32,621 nt of DNA from Nemertoderma westbladi (lineage: Eukaryota; Animalia; Xenacoelomorpha). Made by a program: the position numbers and the translations under genes. The notes under the pieces were generated by a model. The model saw nothing but the letters and a program-made list of their open reading frames with translations. It did not search any database and was not told the origin of the DNA. Positions 9,939 through 22,100 of this stretch are shown here, piece by piece; the first letter of the stretch is position 1, and every line of letters begins with the position of its first letter. The stretch lies in assembly GCA_032718475.1 (NCBI GenBank), contig JAUCBJ010000565.1, forward strand, positions 1-32,621. Reading direction: 5' to 3'.

Positions 9939-10221
9939 GTACTGTTTAGTGGGCTTATGTATTTATTTATTTTATTTATTTCGTACCCAATATACAGTAT
10001 GAAAACAATATAGCGGTACCGCATAACTACGACCAGTAAGAAAATACAGCACAAGTACGACCATTAGAGAAAAAAAACAAATATAAGGTTGAGGCACGAT
10101 GGTATGTTGGTAAGCCCAAGTATTGTATAACTACTAATAAGATTGATAAAATGAGATAGACGCACCCTCTAACAGTTGTCAGTTCACTAAGGATCCGTCA
10201 ACTTCGTGGCTCGCCACACAA

Positions 10222-10333
10222 GACGAGAAAGAAAGAGTTTGGTGGGGCTAGAAAGAGTTTGACGGGGCTACAGTAGAAAGAGTTTGACGGGTCTACAGTA
10301 GAAAGAGTTTGACGGGTCTACAGTAGAAAGAGT
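10222..10333 (-). repeat. Short inverted array (~5 units) of the large 19/20-bp satellite
   Basis: GAAAGAGTTTGACGGGGCTA(CAGTA) is the reverse complement of the 13145-27469 monomer. Confidence 0.9.
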
Positions 10334-10467
10334 GAAAGACTGAAAGAGTGCGACGATAAGTTCAACATCACGTCGCACTCTTAAAAGTTATAAAATGCGT
10401 CTTAGATTTAGAGAGTGCGACGTACACGTCGCACACTTCGCCTTACTTCAAATTTAGGGATAAAATT

Positions 10468-10968
10468 TATGAATGGGAATGGGAGAATCTTTTAGGCTCG
10501 TTAAGCCAAGGAATGCCTGTTCACCACCATGGTGATCTTCCACAGTAAACCCTTCCACTCTGTTTCCTAAAGGAATGCCTGTTCACCACCATGGGTGATC
10601 TTCCAAAGTAAACCCTTCCACTATGTTTCCTAAAGGATTACCTGTTCACCACCAAGGGTGATCTTCCACAGTAAACCCTTCCACTCTGTTTCATAAAGGA
10701 ATGCCTTTTCACCACCAAGGGTGATCTTCCACAGTAAACCCTTCCACTCTGTTTCCTAAAGGAATGCCTGTTCACCACCATGGGTGATCTTCCAAAGTAA
10801 TAAACCCTTCCACTCTGTTTCCTAAAGGAATGCCTGTTCACCACCATGGTGATCTTCCACAGTAAACCCTTCCACTCTGTTTCCCAAGTTGCCTTGGTTC
10901 CTATTTATCGACCATTGAAGGATGAAAGCCGGGGTTGGGCTAGGCTGCAGCATTTAAAGCACAGTTCC
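10468..10968 (-). mobile_element. Head-less copy of a second Nin/Deu-core SINE with internal tandem expansion
   Basis: Collinear with 12338-12507. Minus-strand core GGCTTTCATCCTTCAATGGTCGATAAATAGGAACC. Ends at the 5' junction of LINE copy 2. Confidence 0.75.
10510..10887. repeat. 62-66-bp minisatellite, 6 copies, inside the SINE
   Basis: GGAATGCCTGTTCACCACCATGG(G)TGATCTTCCACAGTAAACCCTTCCACTCTGTTTCCTAAA starting at 10510, 10572, 10635, 10698, 10761, 10827. Confidence 0.95.
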
Positions 10969-10972
10969 AAAA

Positions 10973-12286
10973 TCTTTTTATTAACTCCAGAAAGACCAAA
11001 ATTTGACAGTTAACTTTGAAAGTCCTCAGCAAGTCTCTGATCGGATGAGCATAAGCTCAAAGGATGGTATGCTTGAGCACGTGGTCGCACTTCTGTTACC
11101 TGGGATCATGGATCCGGAAGTCAGGTGATGTGACGGGATCAAAGGATCCCGACCGGGTTATGTTTGTACGCGTCACCGCAGGCTGGTGGAGAAAATGTTT
11201 GAGTTTGATGTTCCTTCGTTCCGATATATAAAAATATGTAATGATAGCACAGTAATGATAAAAACCGGTAATAGTAATCTGAATGACGGCATATGACGGC
11301 ACTGTGATGGCGGTAAGACAAAGGTCTGCACTGAAACTGACAACTGGGTAACTGAATGATAAACCAGTATGTATGAGATAATATGTGATTACTTCACTCC
11401 TGCATTACTTTGGCCTGCTACCTAGTGGATGCTCTCCCTCGCCCCTATTGGCTAATAACCTACTTCTCGCCTTTCCGCTCTCTGGGAGTGTTTCCCCTCT
11501 GTTGCTAGCCCCTGCTAGCTGTCTCCCCTCCGAGGTGGTTTGACCTCTAACCTTCCTTTGTGTGGCTTTGGGGTTTGTACTGTCCCCGATGTTGGTTGTG
11601 ATACGAGATTAATTATTGCTAATCTCGTATCTCCAACATATTGCTGAAAATCCCACTATCCCATTTTATGAGGGTAATGAGGCGGAACTGAATCCGTTTA
11701 CAGGTGAGGACCTTCGAATACGTATGGGAAAAGCATGGGCAGCCTTGAATAGGTTTTGACTTGACTATTTGGAAGTCACCGAGAATTAATCGGAAACTTG
11801 TCCGATTATTTAGAGCAGCAGTAGTTCCAGTACTCCTCTATGGGAGTCCATGCTGGGCTCTAACTGCTGAGGACACCAAATCTCTGGATGGCACATTCAC
11901 AAGAATGCTACGCGGGTTCATTGTGTCAAGTACAATGCACACATCTCCAACCAGACACTATATAACATTGGAGGTGTCTCATTGGTTCCCCCAAGCATGA
12001 CACTAGAACAAAATCGCCTCCGCTTTGCAGGACATTGTTTTCATCGTGAGGACCAGCCAGTGCATAATCTTGTACTTTGGCAGCCTCATGGAGTGAATAA
12101 GCGTGGTGGACAGCCCATGACTTTCTTGAGACGCATCTTAAAGGACACTGGCCATGAAGACGCGGATAATCTAGCAAATGTCATGGATGATAGGGAGTTG
12201 TGGTGGCGCAATTTTGTCGAAAAACCGGCACAGCATTCTTAAAAATGCAGCTGCAATACAGCATGCCGATCCAAAAGTAGTAGTAG
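10973..12286 (+). mobile_element. RTE-type LINE copy 2, 5'-truncated, frameshifted, split by a solo LTR
   Basis: Collinear and highly similar to 4078-4810, ends in (TAG)n. ORF pieces 11761-12000 and 11982-12242 match ORF 4109-4768. Confidence 0.93.
11129..11702 (-). mobile_element. Solo LTR (574 bp) related to 3514-4064, opposite orientation
   Basis: TGTGACGGGATC...GTTTACA termini with perfect 5-bp TSD GGTGA (11124-11128 and 11703-11707). The first 12 bp are the reverse complement of 4053-4064. Shared blocks TGTGATGGCGGTA, ATAGCACAGT, ATTGGCTAATA.CCTACTT. Confidence 0.88.
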
Positions 12287-12337
12287 TTCAAGACACGTCG
12301 CACTCTTTGCCTTACTTCAAATTTAGGGATACAATTT

Positions 12338-12590
12338 ATGAATGGGAGAATCTTTTAAGCTCGTTAAGCCAAGGAATGCCTGTTCACCACCTCTTCCACA
12401 GTAAACCCTTCCACTCTGTTTACAAAGTTGCCTTGGTTCCTATTTATCGACCACTCAAGGATGAAAGCCAGGGTTGGGCTATGCTGCAGCATTTAAAGCA
12501 CTGTTCCCAAAAAGTGCAGCCCCATCTAGGGATCGAACCAGGGCTCCCTAATTGGAAGCCTAGGAATGCCACCACTAGACAAAGCTGATG
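12338..12590 (-). mobile_element. tRNA-derived Nin/Deu-core SINE, complete copy
   Basis: Minus strand: A box GTCTAGTGG, B box GGTTCGATCCC, then core GGCTTTCATCCTTGAGTGGTCGATAAATAGGAACC. Confidence 0.8.
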
Positions 12591-12761
12591 CTTTTATCTA
12601 TAAAATGTATCTTATATGAAAGAGTACGACGTCCTGAAAGAGCGCGTTGCACTCTTACATTTAACATAAATTTTAACATCAAATTTGAACTACCGGGTAC
12701 TAAGGGTAAGGGTACTACCACTAAGGCTTCGCACTCTTTCAGGACGTCGCACTCTTTAAAT

Positions 12762-13083
12762 CTACTACTACTAGGATCGGCATGCTGCATTGCAGCAGCA
12801 TTTTTAAGAATGCTGTGCCGGCTTGTCGACAAAATTGCGCTGCCACAACTCCCTATCACCCATGGCATTTGTTAGATCATCCACATCTTCTAGGCATGTG
12901 GCCTTTAAGATGCGTCTCAAGAAAGTCATGGGCTGTCCACCATGCTTATTCACTCCATGAGGCTGCCAAAACACAAGATTATGCACTGGCTGGTCCTCAC
13001 GACGAAAGTAATGTCCTCAAAGCGGAGGCGGCTTTGTTCTAGTTTCACGCTTGAGGGAACCAATGAGACACCTCCAATGTTAT
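12762..13083 (-). mobile_element. RTE-type LINE copy 3, 3' fragment, inverted
   Basis: (CTA)n tail at 12762, reverse complement of about 4488-4810. ORF 12804-12986 matches the ORF C-terminus (FVDKPAQHS). Confidence 0.92.
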
Positions 13084-13144
13084 GTTTCTTTAATTCTAAA
13101 ACATATTTTATAATTTTATGAGTCGTTCTCTTTCTTTCTCCAGC

Positions 13145-16100
13145 AAACTCTTTCTAGCCCGTCAATCTCTTTCTCGCCCCGTCAAACTCTTTCTAGCCCC
13201 GTCAAACTCTTTCTATCCCCATCAAACTCTTTCTAGCGCATCAATCTCATTCTACTGTAGCCCCATCAAACTCTTTCTAGCCCTTCAATCTCTTTCTAGC
13301 CCCATCAAACTCTTTCTAGCCCGTCAATCTCTTTCTACCCCCATCAAACTCTTTCTAGCCCCATCAAACTCTTTCTAGCCCGTCAATCTCTTTCTAGCCC
13401 CATCAAACTCTTTCTATCCCCGTCAAACACTTTCTATCCCCATCAAACTCTTTCTAGCGCATCAATCTCTTTCTACTGTAGCCCCATCTAACTCTTTCTA
13501 GCCCGTGAATCACTTTCTAGCCCCATCAAACTCTTTCTAGCCCCGTCAAACTCTTTCTATCCTCATCAAACTCTTTCTAGCCCATCAATCTCTTTCTACT
13601 GTAGCCCCATCAAACTCTTTGTAGCCCGTCAATCTCTTTCTAGCCCCATCAAACTCTTTCTAGCCCGTCAATCTCTTTCTAGCCCCATCAAACTCTTTCT
13701 AGCCCGTCAATCTCTTTCTAGCCCCATCAAACTCTTTCTATCCCCATCAAACTCTTTCTAGCCCGTCAATCTCTTTCTATCCCCATCAAACTCTTTCTAG
13801 CTCCATCAAACTCTTTCTAGCCCGTCAATCTCTTTCTATCCCCATCAAACTCTTTCTAACCCGTCAATCTCTTTCTAGCTCCATCAAACTCTTTCTAGCC
13901 CTTCAATCTCTTTCTCGCCCCATCAAACTCTTTCTAGCCCGTCAATCTCTTTCTATCCCCATCTAACTCTTTCTAGCCCGACAATCTCTTTCTCGCCCCA
14001 TCAAACTCTTTCTAACCGGTCAATCTCTTTCTAGCCCCATCAAACTCTTTCTAGCCCGTCAATTTCTTTCTATCCCCATCAAACTCTTTCTAACCCGTCA
14101 ATCTCTTTCTAGCCCCATCAAACTATTTCTAGCCCATCAATCTCTTTCTACTGTAGCCCCATCAAACTCTTTCTAGCCCGTCAATCTCTTTCTAGCCCCA
14201 TCAAACTCTTTCTAGCTCGTCAATCTCTTTCTAGCCCCATCAAACTCTTTCTAGCCCGTCAATCTCTTTCTAGCCCCATCAAACTCTTTCTAGCCCGTCA
14301 ATCTCTTTCTAGCCCCATCAAACTCTTTCTAGCTCCATCAAACTCTTTCTAGCCCGTCAATCTCTTTCTATCCCCATCAAACTCTTTCTAACCCGTCAAT
14401 CTCTTTCTAGCTCCATCAAACTCTTTCTAGCCCTTCAATCTCTTTCTCGCCCCATCAAACTCTTTCTAGCCCGTCAATCTCTTTCTATCCCCATCTAACT
14501 CTTTCTAGCCCGACAATCTCTTTCTCGCCCCATCAAACTCTTTCTAACCGGTCAATCTCTTTCTAGCCCCATCAAACTCTTTCTAGCCCGTCAATTTCTT
14601 TCTATCCCCATCAAACTCTTTCTAGCCCGACAATCTCTTTCTCGCCCCATCAAACTCTTTCTAACCGGTCAATCTCTTTCTAGCCCCATCAAACTCTTTC
14701 TAGCCCGTCAACTTCTTTCTATCCCCATCAAACTCTTTCTAGCCCGACAATCTCTTTCTCGCCCCATCAAACTCTTTCTAACCGGTCAATCTCTTTCTAG
14801 CCCGTCAATCTCTTTCTATCCCCATCAAACTCTTTCTAACCCGTCAATCTCTTTCTAGCTCCATCAAACTCTTTCTAGCCCTTCAATCTCTTTCTCGCCC
14901 CATCAAACTCTTTCTAGCCCGTCAATCTCTTTCTATCCCCATCTAACTCTTTCTAGCCCGACAATCTCTTTCTCGCCCCATCAAACTCTTTCTAACCGGT
15001 CAATCTCTTTCTAGCCCCATCAAACTCTTTCTAGCCCGTCAATTTCTTTCTATCCCCATCTAACTCTTTCTAGCCCGACAATCTCTTTCTCGCCCCATCA
15101 AACTCTTTCTAACCGGTCAATCTCTTTCTAGCCCCATCAAACTCTTTCTAGCCCGTCAATTTCTTTCTATCCCCATCAAACTCTTTCTAACCCGTCAATC
15201 TCTTTCTAGCCCCATCAAACTCTTTCTAGCCCATCAATCTCTTTCTACTGTAGCCCCATCAAACTCTTTCTAGCCCGTCAATCTCTTTCTAGCCCCATCA
15301 AACTCTTTCTAGCTCGTCAATCTCTTTCTAGCCCCATCAAACTCTTTCTAGCCCGTCAATCTCTTTCTAGCCCCATCAAACTCTTTCTAGCCCGTCAATC
15401 TCTTTCTAGCCCCATCAAACTCTTTCTAGCCCATCAATCTCTTTCTACTGTAGCCCCATCAAACTCTTTCTAGCCCGTCAATCTCTTTCTAGCCCCATCA
15501 AACTCTTTCTAGCCCGTCAATCTCTTTCTAGCCCCATCAAACTCTTTCTAGCCCATCAATCTCTTTCTACTGTAGCCCCATCAAACTCTTTCTAGCCCGT
15601 CAATCTCTTTCTAGCCCCATCAAACTCTTTCTAGCCCGTCAATCTCTTTCTAGCCCCATCAAACTCTTTCTAGCCCGTCAATCTCTTTCTAGCCCCATCA
15701 AACTCTTTCTATCCCCATCAAACTCTTTCTAGCCCGTCAATCTCTTTCTATCCCCATCAAATTCTTTCTAACCCGTCAATCTCTTTCTAGCTCCATCAAA
15801 CTCTTTCTAGCCCGTCAATCTCTTTCTATCCCCATCAAACTCTTTCTAACCCGTCAATCTCTTTCTAGCTCCATCAAACTCTTTCTAGCCCTTCAATCTC
15901 TTTCTCGCCCCATCAAACTCTTTCTAGCCCGTCAATCTCTTTCTAGCCCCATCAAACTCTTTCTAGCCCGTCAATTTCTTTCTATCCCCATCAAACTCTT
16001 TCTAGCCCGTCAATCTCTTTCTCGCCCCATCAAACTCTTTCTAGCCCGTCAATATCTTTCTAGCCCCATCATCATCAATCTCTTTCTATCCCCACCAATC

Positions 16101-19100
16101 TCTATCAAGCCCGTCAATCTCTTTCTAGCCCGTCAATATCTTTCTAGCCCCATCATCATCAATCTCTTTCTATCCCCATCAATCTCTATCAAGCCCGTCA
16201 ATATCTTTCTAGCCCCATCAAACTCTTTCTAGCCCGTCAATTTCTTTCTCGTCCCATCAAACTCTTTCTAGCCCGTCAATATCTTTCTAGCCCCATCATC
16301 ATCAATCTCTTTCTATCCCCATCAATCTCTTTCAAGCCCGTCAATCTCTTTCTAGCCCCATCAAACTCGTTCTAGCCCGTCAATCTCTTTCTAGCCCCAT
16401 CAAACTCTTTCCAGCCCGTCAATCTCTTTCTAGCCTCATCAAACTCTTTCTAGCACGTCAATTTCTTTCTATCCCCATCAAACTCTTTCTAGCCCGTCAA
16501 TCTCTTTCTCGCCCCATCAAACTCTTTCTAGCCCGTCAATATCTTTCTAGCCCCATCATCATCAATCTCTTTCTATCCCCATCAATCTCTATCAAGCCCG
16601 TCAATCTCTTTCTAGCCCGTCAATATCTTTCTAGCCCCATCAAACTCTTTCTATCCCCGTCAAACACTTTCTATCCCCATCAAACTCTTTCTAGCGCATC
16701 AATCTCTTTCTACTGTAGCCCCATCTAACTCTTTCTAGCCCGTGAATCACTTTCTAGCCCCATCAAACTCTTTCTAGCCCCGTCAAACTCTTTCTATCCT
16801 CATCAAACTCTTTCTAGCCCATCAATCTCTTTCTACTGTAGCCCCATCAAACTCTTTGTAGCCCGTCAATCTCTTTCTAGCCCCATCAAACTCTTTCTAG
16901 CCCGTCAATCTCTTTCTAGCCCCATCAAACTCTTTCTAGCCCGTCAATCTCTTTCTAGCCCCATCAAACTCTTTCTATCCCCATCAAACTCTTTCTAGCC
17001 CGTCAATCTCTTTCTATCCCCATCAAACTCTTTCTAGCTCCATCAAACTCTTTCTAGCCCGTCAATCTCTTTCTATCCCCATCAAACTCTTTCTAACCCG
17101 TCAATCTCTTTCTAGCTCCATCAAACTCTTTCTAGCCCTTCAATCTCTTTCTCGCCCCATCAAACTCTTTCTAGCCCGTCAATCTCTTTCTATCCCCATC
17201 TAACTCTTTCTAGCCCGACAATCTCTTTCTCGCCCCATCAAACTCTTTCTAACCGGTCAATCTCTTTCTAGCCCCATCAAACTCTTTCTAGCCCGTCAAT
17301 TTCTTTCTATCCCCATCAAACTCTTTCTAACCCGTCAATCTCTTTCTAGCCCCATCAAACTCTTTCTAGCCCATCAATCTCTTTCTACTGTAGCCCCATC
17401 AAACTCTTTCTAGCCCGTCAATCTCTTTCTAGCCCCATCAAACTCTTTCTAGCTCGTCAATCTCTTTCTAGCCCCATCAAACTCTTTCTAGCCCGTCAAT
17501 CTCTTTCTAGCCCCATCAAACTCTTTCTAGCCCGTCAATCTCTTTCTAGCCCCATCAAACTCTTTCTAGCTCCATCAAACTCTTTCTAGCCCGTCAATCT
17601 CTTTCTATCCCCATCAAACTCTTTCTAACCCGTCAATCTCTTTCTAGCTCCATCAAACTCTTTCTAGCCCTTCAATCTCTTTCTCGCCCCATCAAACTCT
17701 TTCTAGCCCGTCAATCTCTTTCTATCCCCATCTAACTCTTTCTAGCCCGACAATCTCTTTCTCGCCCCATCAAACTCTTTCTAACCGGTCAATCTCTTTC
17801 TAGCCCCATCAAACTCTTTCTAGCCCGTCAATTTCTTTCTATCCCCATCAAACTCTTTCTAGCCCGACAATCTCTTTCTCGCCCCATCAAACTCTTTCTA
17901 ACCGGTCAATCTCTTTCTAGCCCCATCAAACTCTTTCTAGCCCGTCAACTTCTTTCTATCCCCATCAAACTCTTTCTAGCCCGACAATCTCTTTCTCGCC
18001 CCATCAAACTCTTTCTAACCGGTCAATCTCTTTCTAGCCCGTCAATCTCTTTCTATCCCCATCAAACTCTTTCTAACCCGTCAATCTCTTTCTAGCTCCA
18101 TCAAACTCTTTCTAGCCCTTCAATCTCTTTCTCGCCCCATCAAACTCTTTCTAGCCCGTCAATCTCTTTCTATCCCCATCTAACTCTTTCTAGCCCGACA
18201 ATCTCTTTCTCGCCCCATCAAACTCTTTCTAACCGGTCAATCTCTTTCTAGCCCCATCAAACTCTTTCTAGCCCGTCAATTTCTTTCTATCCCCATCTAA
18301 CTCTTTCTAGCCCGACAATCTCTTTCTCGCCCCATCAAACTCTTTCTAACCGGTCAATCTCTTTCTAGCCCCATCAAACTCTTTCTAGCCCGTCAATTTC
18401 TTTCTATCCCCATCAAACTCTTTCTAACCCGTCAATCTCTTTCTAGCCCCATCAAACTCTTTCTAGCCCATCAATCTCTTTCTACTGTAGCCCCATCAAA
18501 CTCTTTCTAGCCCGTCAATCTCTTTCTAGCCCCATCAAACTCTTTCTAGCTCGTCAATCTCTTTCTAGCCCCATCAAACTCTTTCTAGCCCGTCAATCTC
18601 TTTCTAGCCCCATCAAACTCTTTCTAGCCCGTCAATCTCTTTCTAGCCCCATCAAACTCTTTCTAGCCCATCAATCTCTTTCTACTGTAGCCCCATCAAA
18701 CTCTTTCTAGCCCGTCAATCTCTTTCTAGCCCCATCAAACTCTTTCTAGCCCGTCAATCTCTTTCTAGCCCCATCAAACTCTTTCTAGCCCATCAATCTC
18801 TTTCTACTGTAGCCCCATCAAACTCTTTCTAGCCCGTCAATCTCTTTCTAGCCCCATCAAACTCTTTCTAGCCCGTCAATATCTTTCTAGCCCCATCAAA
18901 CTCTTTCTAGCCCGTCAATCTCTTTCTAGCCCCATCAAACTCTTTCTATCCCCATCAAACTCTTTCTAGCCCGTCAATCTCTTTCTATCCCCATCAAATT
19001 CTTTCTAACCCGTCAATCTCTTTCTAGCTCCATCAAACTCTTTCTAGCCCGTCAATCTCTTTCTATCCCCATCAAACTCTTTCTAACCCGTCAATCTCTT

Positions 19101-22100
19101 TCTAGCTCCATCAAACTCTTTCTAGCCCTTCAATCTCTTTCTCGCCCCATCAAACTCTTTCTAGCCCGTCAATCTCTTTCTAGCCCCATCAAACTCTTTC
19201 TAGCCCGTCAATTTCTTTCTATCCCCATCAAACTCTTTCTAGCCCGTCAATCTCTTTCTCGCCCCATCAAACTCTTTCTAGCCCGTCAATATCTTTCTAG
19301 CCCCATCATCATCAATCTCTTTCTATCCCCACCAATCTCTATCAAGCCCGTCAATCTCTTTCTAGCCCGTCAATATCTTTCTAGCCCCATCATCATCAAT
19401 CTCTTTCTATCCCCATCAATCTCTATCAAGCCCGTCAATATCTTTCTAGCCCCATCAAACTCTTTCTAGCCCGTCAATTTCTTTCTCGTCCCATCAAACT
19501 CTTTCTAGCCCGTCAATATCTTTCTAGCCCCATCATCATCAATCTCTTTCTATCCCCATCAATCTCTTTCAAGCCCGTCAATCTCTTTCTAGCCCCATCA
19601 AACTCGTTCTAGCCCGTCAATCTCTTTCTAGCCCCATCAAACTCTTTCCAGCCCGTCAATCTCTTTCTAGCCTCATCAAACTCTTTCTAGCACGTCAATT
19701 TCTTTCTATCCCCATCAAACTCTTTCTAGCCCGTCAATCTCTTTCTCGCCCCATCAAACTCTTTCTAGCCCGTCAATATCTTTCTAGCCCCATCATCATC
19801 AATCTCTTTCTATCCCCATCAATCTCTATCAAGCCCGTCAATCTCTTTCTAGCCCGTCAATATCTTTCTAGCCCCATCATCATCAATCTCTTTCTATCCC
19901 CATCAATCTCTATCAAGCCCGTCAATATCTTTCTAGCCCCATCAAACTCGTTCTAGCCCGTCAATCTCTTTCTAGCCCCATCAAACTCTTTCTAGTCCGT
20001 CAATCTCTTTCTATCCCCATCAAACTTTTTCTAGCCCGTCAATCTCTTTCTATCCCCATCAAACTCTTTCTAGCGCATCAATCTATTTCTACTGGTGCCC
20101 CATCAAACTCTTTCTAGCCCGTCAATCTCTTTCTCGCCCCATCAAACTCTTTCTAGCCCGTCAATCTCTTTCTATCCCCATCAAACTCTTTCTAGCGCAT
20201 CAATCTCTTTCTACTGGTGCCCCATCAAACTCTTTCTAGCCCGTCAATATCTTTCTAGCCCCATCAAACTCTTTCTATCCCGCCAATCTCTTTCTAGCCC
20301 CATCAAACTCTTTCTAGCCCCATCAAACTCTTTCTAGCCCGTCAATCTCTTTCTAGCCCCATCAAACTCTTTCTATCCCCGTCAAACTCATTTTATCCCC
20401 ATCAAACTCTTTCTAGCGCATCAATCTCTTTCTACTGTAACCCCATCAAACTCTTTCTAGCCCGTCAATCTCTTTCTAGCCCCATCAAACTCTTTCTAGC
20501 CCGTCAATCTATTTCTAGCCCCATCAAACTCTTTCTAGCGCATCAATCTCTTTCTACTGTAGCCCCATCAAACTCTTTCTAGCCCGTCAATCTCTTTCTA
20601 GCCCCATCAAACTCTTTCTAGCCCGTCAATCTCTTTTTAGCCCCATCAATCTCTTTCTCGCCCCGTCAAACTCTTTCTAGCCCCGTCAAACTCTTTCTAT
20701 CCCCATCAAACTCTTTCTAGCGCATCAATTTCTTTCTACTGTAGCCCCATCAAACTCTTTCTAGCCCGTCAATCTCTTTCTAGCCCCATCAAACTCTTTC
20801 TAGCCCGTCAATCTCTTTCTAGCCCCATCAAACTCTTTCTAGCCCGTCAATCTCTTTCTAGCCCCATCAAACTCTTTCTATCCCCGTCAAACTCTTTCTA
20901 TCCCCATCAAACTCTTTCTAGCGCATCAATATCTTTCTACTGTAGCCCCATCTAACTCTTTCTAGCCCGTGAATCACTTTCTAGCCCCGTCAAACTCTTT
21001 CTAGCCCCGTCAAACTCTTTCTATCCCCATCAAACTCTTTCTAGCGCATTAATCTCTTTCTACTGTAGCCCCATCAAACTCTTTCTAGCCCGTCAATCTC
21101 TTTCTAGCCCCATTAAACTCTTTCTAGCCCGTCAATCTCTTTCTAGCCCCATCAAACTCTTTCTAGCCCGTCAATCTCTTTCTAGCCCCATCAAACTCTT
21201 TCTATCCCCGTCAAACTCTTTCTATACCCATCAAACTCTTTCTAGCGCATCAATATCTTTCTACTGTAGCCCCATCTAACTCTTTCTAGCCCGTGAATCA
21301 CTTTCTAGCCCCATCAAACTCTTTCTAGCCCCGTCAAACTCTTTCTATCCTCATCAAACTCTTTCTAGCCCATCAATCTCTTTCTACTGTAGCCCCATCA
21401 AACTCTTTCTAGCCCGTCAATCTCTTTCTAGCCCAATCAAACTCTTTCTAGCCCGTCAATCTCTTTCTAGCCCCATCAAACTCTTTCTAGCCCGTCAATC
21501 TCTTTCTAGCCCCATCAAACTCTTTCCATCCCCATCAAACTCTCTCTATCTCGTCAATCTCTTTCTAGCCCCATCAAACTCTTTCCAGCCCGTCAATCTC
21601 TTTCTAGCCTCATCAAACTCTTTCTAGCACGTAAATTTCTTTCTATTCCCATCAAACTCTTTCTAGCCCGTCAATCTCTTTCTCGCCCCATCAAACTCTT
21701 TCTAGCCCGTCAATATCTTTCTAGCCCCATCATCATCAATCTCTTTCTATCCCCATCAATCTCTTTCAAGCCCGTCAATCTCTTTCTAGCCCCATCAAAC
21801 TCTTTCTAGCTCGTCAATCTCTTTCTAGCCCCATCAAACTCTTTCTAGCCCGTCAATCTCTTTCTAGCCCCATCAAACTCTTTCTAGCCCGTCAATCTCT
21901 TTCTAGCCCCATCAAACTCTTTCTAGCCCATCAATCTCTTTCTACTGTAGCCCCATCAAACTCTTTCTAGCCCGTCAATCTCTTTCTAGCCCCATCAAAC
22001 TCTTTCTAGCCCGTCAATCTCTTTCTAGCCCCATCAAACTCTTTCTAGCCCATCAATCTCTTTCTACTGTAGCCCCATCAAACTCTTTCTAGCCCGTCAA

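Noticed and set aside
10510-10887. CRISPR-like ~63-bp period with internal palindrome, and ORF 10638-10847
   Set aside because: The entire unit is repeated (no variable spacer) and derives from a SINE; the ORF is a by-product of the 63-bp period.
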